A stretch of DNA of 33,290 bases from contig JAICGY010000002.1 of NCBI GenBank assembly GCA_025922915.1, positions 1 through 33,290 on the forward strand, read 5' to 3'. Origin of the DNA: Candidatus Methylomirabilota bacterium. Its GTDB lineage: Bacteria; Methylomirabilota; Methylomirabilia; Rokubacteriales; CSP1-6. The translations under genes were made by a program, and so were the position numbers. Shown here in pieces: positions 8,782 through 16,213 of the stretch; the first letter of the stretch is position 1; every line of letters begins with the position of its first letter. The notes beneath the pieces are model-generated. The model ran no database searches, was not told the DNA's origin, and saw nothing but the letters and a program-made list of their open reading frames with translations.

Positions 8782-8938
8782 GCTCGATGCCCTCGCTCCG
8801 CAGTACCTGGTACCTCGCCCCCTCGACGTGGCGGAGCGCCCCTGAGGCCACCCCCCACAGGAACAGGCACAGGGCGGCCAGGCCCATCAGGAGGGAGACG
8901 AGGAATTCTCCGATCACGAGATAGATCAGCTCCTGCAT
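8762..8938 (-). CDS. ccoS: CcoS/FixS-like cbb3 oxidase maturation protein (58 aa)
   Basis: Not in the ORF track. Hand translation: MQELIYLVIGEFLVSLLMGLAALCLFLWGVASGALRHVEGARYQVLRSEGIEHDDSRG. It matches the CcoS pattern SLxxxxxxxxxFLWxVxSG....EGxxxxxL, although GQFDD is replaced by GALRH. It starts 3 nt after the ccoO stop. Confidence 0.75.
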   Translation of the reverse strand: MQELIYLVIGEFLVSLLMGLAALCLFLWGVASGALRHVEGARYQVLRSEGIEHDDSRG

Positions 8939-8941
8939 CGG

Positions 8942-10582
8942 CTACCTGCCCTCCCCCACGATCCCCTTGTGGAAACGCACCAGCGCCTTGGCGTCCGTCC
9001 GGTCCGGCGCCGCGGGGTCCAGGGCCAGCCGGGAGCTGCGATGGGCTTCCTGGTCGGGCCGGTTGAGTCGCTCGAGGACGTCGGGGGCCAGCTTCAGCCG
9101 CTCGCCGGTCAGGGGGTCGTTGAACGCGGAGAAGGACAGCACGAAGTAGCTGATGGCCCAGCGATCCTCCTCGCCCAGCGCATCGGCGAAGGAAGGCATC
9201 GGCGTCCCGTCCAGCCCGGTGGTCATGGTCCGGAAGATGTCGCGCACGTCGGCCCCGCCCTTGAACTGGCCCTTCGTGAAGTCGGCGGGCAGGATCGGGA
9301 AGCCCAGGTCGTCCTCGAGCTGGTCCGCCGACGGGCCGTCACCCTTTCCGGTATCGCCGTGGCACTGGAAGCACTTGGCCTTGACGTACCACTCCTTGCC
9401 CCGGGCCAGCAGCTCCGGCGTGGCCGGCGGGGGCTGACCGATGAGGACGGGCGTCTCCGGCTTCTCCTCCTTCCAGCGCTCGGAGAAGGTCTTGATGAAG
9501 GTCAGCACGGCCAGGCGGTCCTTCTCGTGAAGCTCGTGCCAGGTGGGCATGGCCGTGAACCGGACTCCCGTATTGACCGTCCGGAAGAGGTCGCCGTCGG
9601 TGGGCAGCGATCCCGACGGCGTCGTCCGGAACTTGAAGGCGCCCACGACGAAGTTGCGGGGCCGGGGGTTGAGGAAGGTCGCCACGGGTCCGTTGCCGTC
9701 GCCCTTGACGCCGTGACAGCCCACGCACCGACGCTCGTAGACCTCCCGCCCGCGCGCCTCCAGCTCCTCGGTGCGCGGGATCGACATCACGCTGGCCGAG
9801 AGGTTCTGGGGCTCGAAGACGTCCCGCCAGGCCCCCCGGTTCATCCCGAGCTTCTGGATGTAGGCCACGAGCCCGCGGAGCTCCTCGGTGGGCACGACGA
9901 CCGTCAGGATCTTGCCCTTCCAGGTCTCCAGCGCGTTGTAGGGCTCGGGGAGATTCTCGACGTCCAGCACCGGCGTGCCGTCCGTCTGCTCGGCGAAGGC
10001 GAGCCCCTCGGGATTCGGATGGAGCCGGATCGCCCGGTCGGCCCGGCCGCTGAACAGGGCCGCCAGCGCGGGCGAGTCGCCCAGCGCGGCCTGCCCCTCC
10101 TTCTCGACGACCGGCACGCGGGCGGTCCGGAACAGCCAGGGGAAGCGCGGCATGATCGAGTCGGGCACCACCATGGTCGGATCCCAGTGGTGGGCGTAGT
10201 GCCACTGGTCGGAGTACTTGAGGCCCACGCGCGTGAGGTCGGGGCCGATGCGCCGGGTGGACAGCAGATGGGGCCGGTCGTGCGCGTACTCCCCGACCTG
10301 GGAGACCGGCCCCCAGCGGAATTCCTCGCCGGTGACCGGACGCACGAACTGGCTGTGACAGTACCAGCACCCTTCGCGCTGGTAGACGTCGCGGCCCAGC
10401 TGCTCCAGCGGCGTGTACGGCGTGGCGTCGTACCAGACCCACTTGACCTGCCCGAGCTCGTTGCGCACGGCGCGGGTGGCGCGCGTCTCCCGCGACTCGG
10501 GAATGGCGATCGGCAGGATGCCCTGGACGAAGATGGCCAGCGAGATGAAGAAGAACCCGGCGCCCAGAGCGTAGGTCCTCAC
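8942..10582 (-). CDS. ccoO: cbb3-type cytochrome c oxidase subunit II (CcoO) fused to two additional cytochrome c domains (triheme, 546 aa)
   Basis: N-terminal TM, then the CcoO motifs GRDVYQREGCWYCHSQFVRP, RIGPDLTRVG, WHYAHHWDP and DSIMPRFPWL. These are followed by CVGCHG..GDG..AMP and CFQCHG..GDG..PMP. Confidence 0.92.
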   Translation of the reverse strand: MRTYALGAGFFFISLAIFVQGILPIAIPESRETRATRAVRNELGQVKWVWYDATPYTPLEQLGRDVYQREGCWYCHSQFVRPVTGEEFRWGPVSQVGEYAHDRPHLLSTRRIGPDLTRVGLKYSDQWHYAHHWDPTMVVPDSIMPRFPWLFRTARVPVVEKEGQAALGDSPALAALFSGRADRAIRLHPNPEGLAFAEQTDGTPVLDVENLPEPYNALETWKGKILTVVVPTEELRGLVAYIQKLGMNRGAWRDVFEPQNLSASVMSIPRTEELEARGREVYERRCVGCHGVKGDGNGPVATFLNPRPRNFVVGAFKFRTTPSGSLPTDGDLFRTVNTGVRFTAMPTWHELHEKDRLAVLTFIKTFSERWKEEKPETPVLIGQPPPATPELLARGKEWYVKAKCFQCHGDTGKGDGPSADQLEDDLGFPILPADFTKGQFKGGADVRDIFRTMTTGLDGTPMPSFADALGEEDRWAISYFVLSFSAFNDPLTGERLKLAPDVLERLNRPDQEAHRSSRLALDPAAPDRTDAKALVRFHKGIVGEGR

Positions 10583-10585
10583 CCG

Positions 10586-12001
10586 TCACACTCGGGCCAG
10601 CCGCTCGAGCGGCTGATGGCGGGCCGGCAGGCTCGGCAGGGGCGTGCCGGCCAGGGCGGTCCGCATGAAGTTGTAGACCAGGAGCGACATGCCGACGTCC
10701 ATCGAGATGCCGGCGAAGGTCCGGATGAGCCAGAAGGGCTTCAGGGTGACCATCGTGTCGACCCACTCGGCGCCCCCGATCAGCATGTAGCCCTGTTGCA
10801 GCCCTTGTGAGGAGAGGACCAGCCCCATCGTGGAGATGCCGAGCGTGATGAGCCAGAAGCTCCAGTTCCCGAGCCGGAAGCTCCAGAGGTCGCGGCCCCA
10901 CAACCGCGGCCACACGTAGATGGCCCCGGCCATCGCCCAGACCACGAAGGTCCCGAACACGGTCAGGTGCGAGTGCGAGATCACGAAGTCCGTGAAATGG
11001 GTGGGGCGCTGGATCCACCGAAGGGCTTCCGTCGAGCCCTGGAAGCAGCCGACGAGGTACATGATGGCCCCCATCATCAGGAACTTGGCCGGGAGGTTGC
11101 GAGAGAAGCCCTGCCAGTGCCCGATCATGGTCCCGAAGAAGTTCTGGAGCACGGTCCACACCGGGATGATGAGCATCATCGAGGCGACGATGGCGATGGT
11201 CTCGGCCCAGTCGGCGATCGGGCTGAAGAGGTAGTGGTGGATCCCCACGAACGGGTAGAAGAACGCCAGCGACCAGAAGCCGATCAGCGAGAGCTTGTGG
11301 CTGTAGATCGGAGCCCGCACCGACGCCGGCAGGAAGTAGTAGATCAGCACGTAGCCCGCGGGGGTGATCCAGAGGCCGACCACGTAGTGGATGAACAGCC
11401 CGTGCAGCGCCGCGTTGTTGATCCCGGCCGCGGTCCAGTAGGGCCCGACCACGAGGAGCACGAGGTTGATGCTGGTCCAGACCAGCGCCCCGATGAGGTA
11501 CCAGAGACTCACGTAGAGCTGGCGCTGCACGCGGCGGCCGATGGTCATGAGGTGCTGCAGGGTCAGCAGCCAGACCAGTGCCACCACCACGACCAGGTTG
11601 GGCAGGGGGATCTCCCCCGCCTCCCAGCCGCGGTTGGCGCCCAGCACCGAGAAGGCCAGGAAGGTGGCGGCCAGGTTGAGGTTCCAGATCCAGAGCAGCG
11701 GATAACCCCAGCGCTCCTTCCACATCGGCACCCCGGCCAGACGCGGGGTCACGTAGTAGATGAGCCCGATGAACAGCGTGGAGAAGGCCCCCCAGATGAC
11801 GCCGTTGACGTGCACGGGCCGGAGCCGGCCGAAGGTGAGCCACGACTGCTCGCCGAGGAAGGCGGGGTAGTTGAACTTCGTGGAGACGATCACCCCGATG
11901 GTCGGTGCGAACATCAGCCAGAAGAAGCCCCAGAGGAGCCATCCCCGGATCAGCCGGGGATCGATGAGCTCGTCGTTCCGGGTTCTCGCAACCTCGTTCA
12001 T
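10586..12001 (-). CDS. ccoN: cbb3-type heme-copper oxidase subunit I, divergent (471 aa)
   Basis: ATG at 12001 (MNEVAR) with GGAG RBS. Motifs FGRLRPVHVNG, LYVSLWY, FIHYVVG, YYFLP, YPFVGIHH, HFTDFVISHSH show all six His ligands and the helix-VII Tyr. Confidence 0.93.
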   Translation of the reverse strand: MNEVARTRNDELIDPRLIRGWLLWGFFWLMFAPTIGVIVSTKFNYPAFLGEQSWLTFGRLRPVHVNGVIWGAFSTLFIGLIYYVTPRLAGVPMWKERWGYPLLWIWNLNLAATFLAFSVLGANRGWEAGEIPLPNLVVVVALVWLLTLQHLMTIGRRVQRQLYVSLWYLIGALVWTSINLVLLVVGPYWTAAGINNAALHGLFIHYVVGLWITPAGYVLIYYFLPASVRAPIYSHKLSLIGFWSLAFFYPFVGIHHYLFSPIADWAETIAIVASMMLIIPVWTVLQNFFGTMIGHWQGFSRNLPAKFLMMGAIMYLVGCFQGSTEALRWIQRPTHFTDFVISHSHLTVFGTFVVWAMAGAIYVWPRLWGRDLWSFRLGNWSFWLITLGISTMGLVLSSQGLQQGYMLIGGAEWVDTMVTLKPFWLIRTFAGISMDVGMSLLVYNFMRTALAGTPLPSLPARHQPLERLARV

Positions 12002-12027
12002 CGGTGTGTCTCCGTCCGCAGCCCGGA

Positions 12028-12945
12028 TCAGGCCAGGGGCAGGTCCCGGCTGGCCTCGAACCGCTCGCCACGACTGCTGGTGACCACCACGCGGAGGGGC
12101 CCGCGGTGCCGGGCGCGCACCCGGAAGCCGATGAAGGGGTTGTCGCTGAGCGCCGAGGTCAGCTCGAACCGGCTCAGCGGCTCCGCGCCGTAGCGCACCT
12201 CGATCGTCTGCACGTAGAGGGGCTCGGACTCCTGGACGAACCGGCCCTCGCGAAGGGCCAGGCCCGTGCGGCTGGGATGCCGCATGAGGATCTGGACCAG
12301 CACGAGGGCGTCCCGGCGGACGAGGCCGCGCTTGAGCAGCTCGGGCACCCGGATGACCGGGGCACCGACCTCCTGGGGGGCCACCCGCGTCGGGGCCGGG
12401 CTGGCGCAGCCGCCCACGCCGTCCGGGATGGTGATGGGACGGCTCGCCGACCACCGGCCGTCCCGTGTGCACTCCGCCGTCGCCGTCACCACCGAGCGCC
12501 CCGTGTGCATGCGGCACTGGAACGAGAGGTAGACCTGCCCGTTGGCCGGCGAGAGGTGAAACACTCCCTTGGAGGGAACGGGATCGCTCTCGTTCGTGAC
12601 GTGAATGGTCGTGATGTGATGCGAGGGCTCCATCGGGTGATCCATCCTGATCACGACGGGGACCTTGGCGCCGTCGCCGGCCACGATAGGCACCTCGAGC
12701 CGGGGCCGGTGCAGCCGCTCGAGCGGAGAGGCGGCGTCCCGGTCGTCCAGCGCCCCGGAGTGGCGGCGCGGCGCCGCCGCCCCGGCCGGGCGGGGCGTCT
12801 CGCCGAGGAGCCAGATCGCCCCGGCGGCGAGGCCCAGGAAGCGGCGTCGCGAGCCGAGCCCATCCGGGCGAGACCGGGCCAGGTCGGGCGGCATTCGCGT
12901 GCCCCCGCCCGCCGCCGTCCCGGGCTCGCCCCACCATCGGGTCAT
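12028..12945 (-). CDS. Fused SoxY-SoxZ-like sulfur carrier protein with Tat signal (alternative start 12894)
   Basis: Tat motif SRRRFLG. The SoxY-like domain (VPIVAGDGAKVPV, DPVP..F.LSP) ends in GVGGCAS. The SoxZ-like domain has ILMRHPSRTG, ALSDNPFIGFR and SSRGERFE. Confidence 0.85.
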   Translation of the reverse strand: MTRWWGEPGTAAGGGTRMPPDLARSRPDGLGSRRRFLGLAAGAIWLLGETPRPAGAAAPRRHSGALDDRDAASPLERLHRPRLEVPIVAGDGAKVPVVIRMDHPMEPSHHITTIHVTNESDPVPSKGVFHLSPANGQVYLSFQCRMHTGRSVVTATAECTRDGRWSASRPITIPDGVGGCASPAPTRVAPQEVGAPVIRVPELLKRGLVRRDALVLVQILMRHPSRTGLALREGRFVQESEPLYVQTIEVRYGAEPLSRFELTSALSDNPFIGFRVRARHRGPLRVVVTSSRGERFEASRDLPLA

Positions 12946-12972
12946 CGTCGGGTCACGTCCGCGCCGATCGGC

Positions 12973-13440
12973 TCAGTGCCGGCCGGTGTCGAGCTTGGAG
13001 CCGCGGTTGGCCCAGTAGATGTAGGCTTCCAGGGCCTTCATCGCCGGCCCGTCCGGATCGATCTTGACGCCCTCGTTGGGCTTCTCGATGCACCAGTTGA
13101 TCATGTCCCGCAGCGTGGCGAACGCGTTCATCTGCTCCTGGAACTTCGGGAACTCGTGCGGATGACTGTCGGAGGCGAAGGGATGGCACATGGCGCACGC
13201 CATCCCGGTGTTGGACAGCTTGATGTTCATCTGCTTCTCGGTGTCGGCGTCCCCGTGAAACAGGAGATCGCCGAGCCGGACCTGCTCCATCAGGACCTGC
13301 TGGAACGCGTCGAGCTGCTCCTGCGAGTGCTTCGCCTTGTGGGCGAGGGCCGGCGCCGGGCCCCAGAGCGAGCTGGCACCAGCCCCCAGCAGTCCGAGCA
13401 GCCCCGCTCCCAGCGCGGCCAGCGCGAGTTTCCCCTTCAT
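12973..13440 (-). CDS. Periplasmic monoheme cytochrome c, TsdA/SoxA-like domain with candidate axial Cys (155 aa)
   Basis: Sec signal and a single CAMCH, followed by FPKF...TLRDMINWC...N.G.......AMKALEAYI. This is the pattern of TsdA heme-1 and SoxA domains (YPxY..TLxxRIxxC..MxALxAY). Confidence 0.8.
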   Translation of the reverse strand: MKGKLALAALGAGLLGLLGAGASSLWGPAPALAHKAKHSQEQLDAFQQVLMEQVRLGDLLFHGDADTEKQMNIKLSNTGMACAMCHPFASDSHPHEFPKFQEQMNAFATLRDMINWCIEKPNEGVKIDPDGPAMKALEAYIYWANRGSKLDTGRH

Positions 13441-13459
13441 GGCTCTTCCCCCGGCTCTC

Positions 13460-14602
13460 CTAGTAGGGCCACATGCGATCGGCGATCCTGGGATGCAGGA
13501 TCTGGTTGACGTTGTCCGCCGTGCCGGAATCCACCACGGACTCGGCGAAGACCTCCTTGCGGCCCCACATCACGTACTCGTTCTCGATCCGGCCGGCCGC
13601 GCCGGCCGTGAGCTTCGAGTAGCCCACGCCGTCGAAGTGGTCCCCGGGGTCGGCCCGGATCATGGGCTTGGTCAGCGGGGGCACGCCCTGCGGCGCATAG
13701 GGCCACGGCCAGGACGTGGCCAGCATCCCGATGGAGCGCATCGAGCCGAGCTCGTTGTACAGCACCTGATGCGTGTGGCCGTGGATGTTGGTGACGTTGC
13801 TGAAGGGCTTGAGGATCTCGTTGACCTCCCGCCAGTCGCGCGTCCAGAAGTTCCATGGGGGGTAGTACTCGTAGAGGGGCGTGTGGGTGAAGACCACGAG
13901 CGGCCGGTCCTTGGCCCAGCCCGACACCGTCTGCTGGAGCCACTGGCGCTGCTCGTCGCCGACGCCGGCCCAGGGCCCGGCCACGCTGCCGTCCAGCGTG
14001 GCCATGTGGCCCATCCGCTCCTTCGGCGACATCTTCTTGGCGGACCAGTAGTCGGGGGCGAACCCCACGGTGTTGAGGCCGATGAAGCGCACGCCGTTGT
14101 GGTCGAACGTCCAGGGGGTCTTGCCGAACATCCGTTCCCACTTGGCGCCCATGTCCAGGTACCAGTCGTGCTCACCGGGGATGAAGTGCTTCTTGATGGT
14201 GAGCTCCTTGAGGATGTCCGCTCCCAGGTCTATCTCCACGGGATCCCCGAGCTGCGCCAGGTCCCCGCCGAAGATGAGGAAGTCCGCGGGCGGGCTCATG
14301 GCCTTGATCTCCTTCACGGCCCGCACCGTCTTGTCCACGAACCGGGTGTTGACGTCCTTGGGGTACAGATGGGTGTCCGAGAGCCAGGCGAACTTGAAGG
14401 CGGCCTGCTGGCCGAAGGCCAGGTCGAGCGTGTTGATGACGGGGAACCATCCGACCGAGGCCACGCCGGCCGCGGTGCCGGCCAGGATGGCCTTGTTGAT
14501 GAACAGCCTTCGAGTGATCGCCAGGGATCCATCCGGGCGCCCGCCCGTGTCGATCTCCATGGCGACCTGCCGCGGGTCGAGGTCGACCTCCCGTGGCTCC
14601 AT
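13460..14602 (-). CDS. Tat-exported calcineurin-like metallophosphoesterase (380 aa)
   Basis: ATG at 14602 after AAAGGAG and Tat motif ITRRLFI. The five metal motifs are SDTH, GGDLAQ, PGEHD, FTHTP and HGHTHQ. Confidence 0.9.
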   Translation of the reverse strand: MEPREVDLDPRQVAMEIDTGGRPDGSLAITRRLFINKAILAGTAAGVASVGWFPVINTLDLAFGQQAAFKFAWLSDTHLYPKDVNTRFVDKTVRAVKEIKAMSPPADFLIFGGDLAQLGDPVEIDLGADILKELTIKKHFIPGEHDWYLDMGAKWERMFGKTPWTFDHNGVRFIGLNTVGFAPDYWSAKKMSPKERMGHMATLDGSVAGPWAGVGDEQRQWLQQTVSGWAKDRPLVVFTHTPLYEYYPPWNFWTRDWREVNEILKPFSNVTNIHGHTHQVLYNELGSMRSIGMLATSWPWPYAPQGVPPLTKPMIRADPGDHFDGVGYSKLTAGAAGRIENEYVMWGRKEVFAESVVDSGTADNVNQILHPRIADRMWPY

Positions 14603-14619
14603 GGCCGCTCCTTTCTCGG

Positions 14620-15339
14620 CTACTTCTTCTTGGCCAGATCGATGGTGACGGTAGCGGTCTCCTTGGCCTTGACGGTGACGGGCGTCTCCACCTCCTCGGT
14701 GTGCTCCTGCCAGGCCACCAGCGTGTACGCTCCCGGCGGCACGTCCTTGATGGTGAACGAGCCATCCTTCCCGGTGACGGCATAGTAGGGGTTGTCGGCC
14801 ACGTAGACCCAGGCCAGCATCCAGCCGTGGGCGTCGCACTCGACGCGCATGATGCCGGTCTTCTTGATCGGCTTCTTGATGGTCTGGCCCTGGATGGGCA
14901 GGGCGACGTTGAAGGCCGTCAGCTTGCCGAAGAAGCCGTGAGTGTTGTGGAGCACGGGATCCGAGTTGTGGATGGCCACGTCGCCCATCCGGATCACCTG
15001 GACGTGGGGCAGGAACCGGCAGTCCTTGTTGTCGATCACCGGGGGCTGGGCCGGTTTCTCCCAGGCCTTCCCCCTCTCCACGCCCTTGAGATACACGAAG
15101 CTGCCTTCCACCGCCTTGTCCGGGCCCAGCAGGATGCGCGCCTGCTCGCGAATGCCACCGCACACCTCCTTGTCCTTGGTGGGGATGATCTTCCGGGGCG
15201 ACGGGACCGCTCCGGTGAACGTCACCGTGCCCTTGATGGTCCCCCCATCGGTGACCGAGATCGCCTGATAGCTCGCGGCCGGCCCGCTCGACAGCAGCAG
15301 GCCGGTCAGCAGGGTGACGGGTCCGATGAGCCGACGCAT
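14620..15339 (-). CDS. Secreted protein with cupredoxin-like His..CxxHxxM motif and carboxypeptidase-regulatory-like (Ig) domain (239 aa)
   Basis: ATG at 15339 after AAAAGGAG and a Sec signal. Motifs GTIKGTV, NSDPVLHNTH, VECDAHGWM, YAVTGKDGSFTIKDVPPGAYTLVAW. Confidence 0.82.
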   Translation of the reverse strand: MRRLIGPVTLLTGLLLSSGPAASYQAISVTDGGTIKGTVTFTGAVPSPRKIIPTKDKEVCGGIREQARILLGPDKAVEGSFVYLKGVERGKAWEKPAQPPVIDNKDCRFLPHVQVIRMGDVAIHNSDPVLHNTHGFFGKLTAFNVALPIQGQTIKKPIKKTGIMRVECDAHGWMLAWVYVADNPYYAVTGKDGSFTIKDVPPGAYTLVAWQEHTEEVETPVTVKAKETATVTIDLAKKK

Positions 15340-15382
15340 GAAGCGGTCTCCTTTTCGACCCGGCCGCCGGCGGCCGGGCACG

Positions 15383-16213
15383 TCAGAGCTGGTCGTGAGC
15401 GCGCGAGCCGGGCGGCAGATCGATGCGGTCCTCGCGCGAATGGCAGACGAGGCACGAGCGGCCGCCGATCTCGGACACCAGCGAGTAGGCGATGCCGTGG
15501 GAGGCCCAGACGATGACGTCGTAGCCCTGGTGCGTGACCATCTTGAACTTCGGAGCGGCGTCGATGCCGAGGTCCCGGTATTTCTCGAACGGGATGACGA
15601 AGAGGGAGATGTCCCGTCCATCCATCTTGAAATGGAGAGCGGCGACCTCCAGGTCGCCCAGGTTGGCGATTCGCCCGCCGACCAGGTTGAGGTCGTCCCG
15701 CGTGAGCGTGGGCAGGTTGACGTTGAAGTTGAGCCGGGCCTTGAACCATTCCTCGGCGGCCCGGGGCGTGACCTCGCTGATGTCGAGGGGGAGGGTGCCG
15801 AGGGCCAGCTTGCGGTGCTGCTCGACGGAGGCGGCGGCCAGGTGCACGAGCGGCGATCGGTCCAGCCGCCAGAGCTGCACGCCGTCGGACGTCAGCCCGG
15901 TCTGGACCCCGAACCCGGCCAGGAGGCCGGCGACGAACAGCGCGCCGCCGGCCACGAGGTGCCGTCCCCACCGCCAGGCCGGCGCCACCGGCACGGTGTC
16001 GAGCATCTGGAGGACCCGAGCCCGCAGCCGCTCGGGCACCGGGTCCGGCCGGAGGGGGGCGATGTACTCGTCGGCGAAGCTCCGCTCCAGGTCCACCAGC
16101 CTCTGGCAGCCCCAGCAGCCGGCGAAGTGGTCCTCCAGGAGCGCGCGCTCCTCGTCCGGAAGCTCGCCGTCCAGATACTCGAAGAGACGGGCGCGCGCCT
16201 GCTTACAGAGCAT
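15383..16213 (-). CDS. Transmembrane anti-sigma factor (zf-HC2/ZAS) with C-terminal CXXCH (276 aa)
   Basis: N-terminal C..YLDGEL..HFAGCWGC (HxxxCxxC), one TM helix and an extracytoplasmic domain ending SCLVCH. It overlaps the sigma gene. Confidence 0.9.
   Translation of the reverse strand: MLCKQARARLFEYLDGELPDEERALLEDHFAGCWGCQRLVDLERSFADEYIAPLRPDPVPERLRARVLQMLDTVPVAPAWRWGRHLVAGGALFVAGLLAGFGVQTGLTSDGVQLWRLDRSPLVHLAAASVEQHRKLALGTLPLDISEVTPRAAEEWFKARLNFNVNLPTLTRDDLNLVGGRIANLGDLEVAALHFKMDGRDISLFVIPFEKYRDLGIDAAPKFKMVTHQGYDVIVWASHGIAYSLVSEIGGRSCLVCHSREDRIDLPPGSRAHDQL

Noticed and set aside
10586-12001. Nitric oxide reductase NorB
   Set aside because: It retains the cbb3-type crosslinking Tyr, lacks the NorB HxxxE glutamate and is paired with CcoO/CcoS.
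13460-14602. True SoxB ortholog / canonical soxXYZAB cluster
   Set aside because: It is too short, has no 5'-nucleotidase C-terminal domain, and no recognisable SoxA, SoxX or SoxCD is present. Reported only as an analogue.
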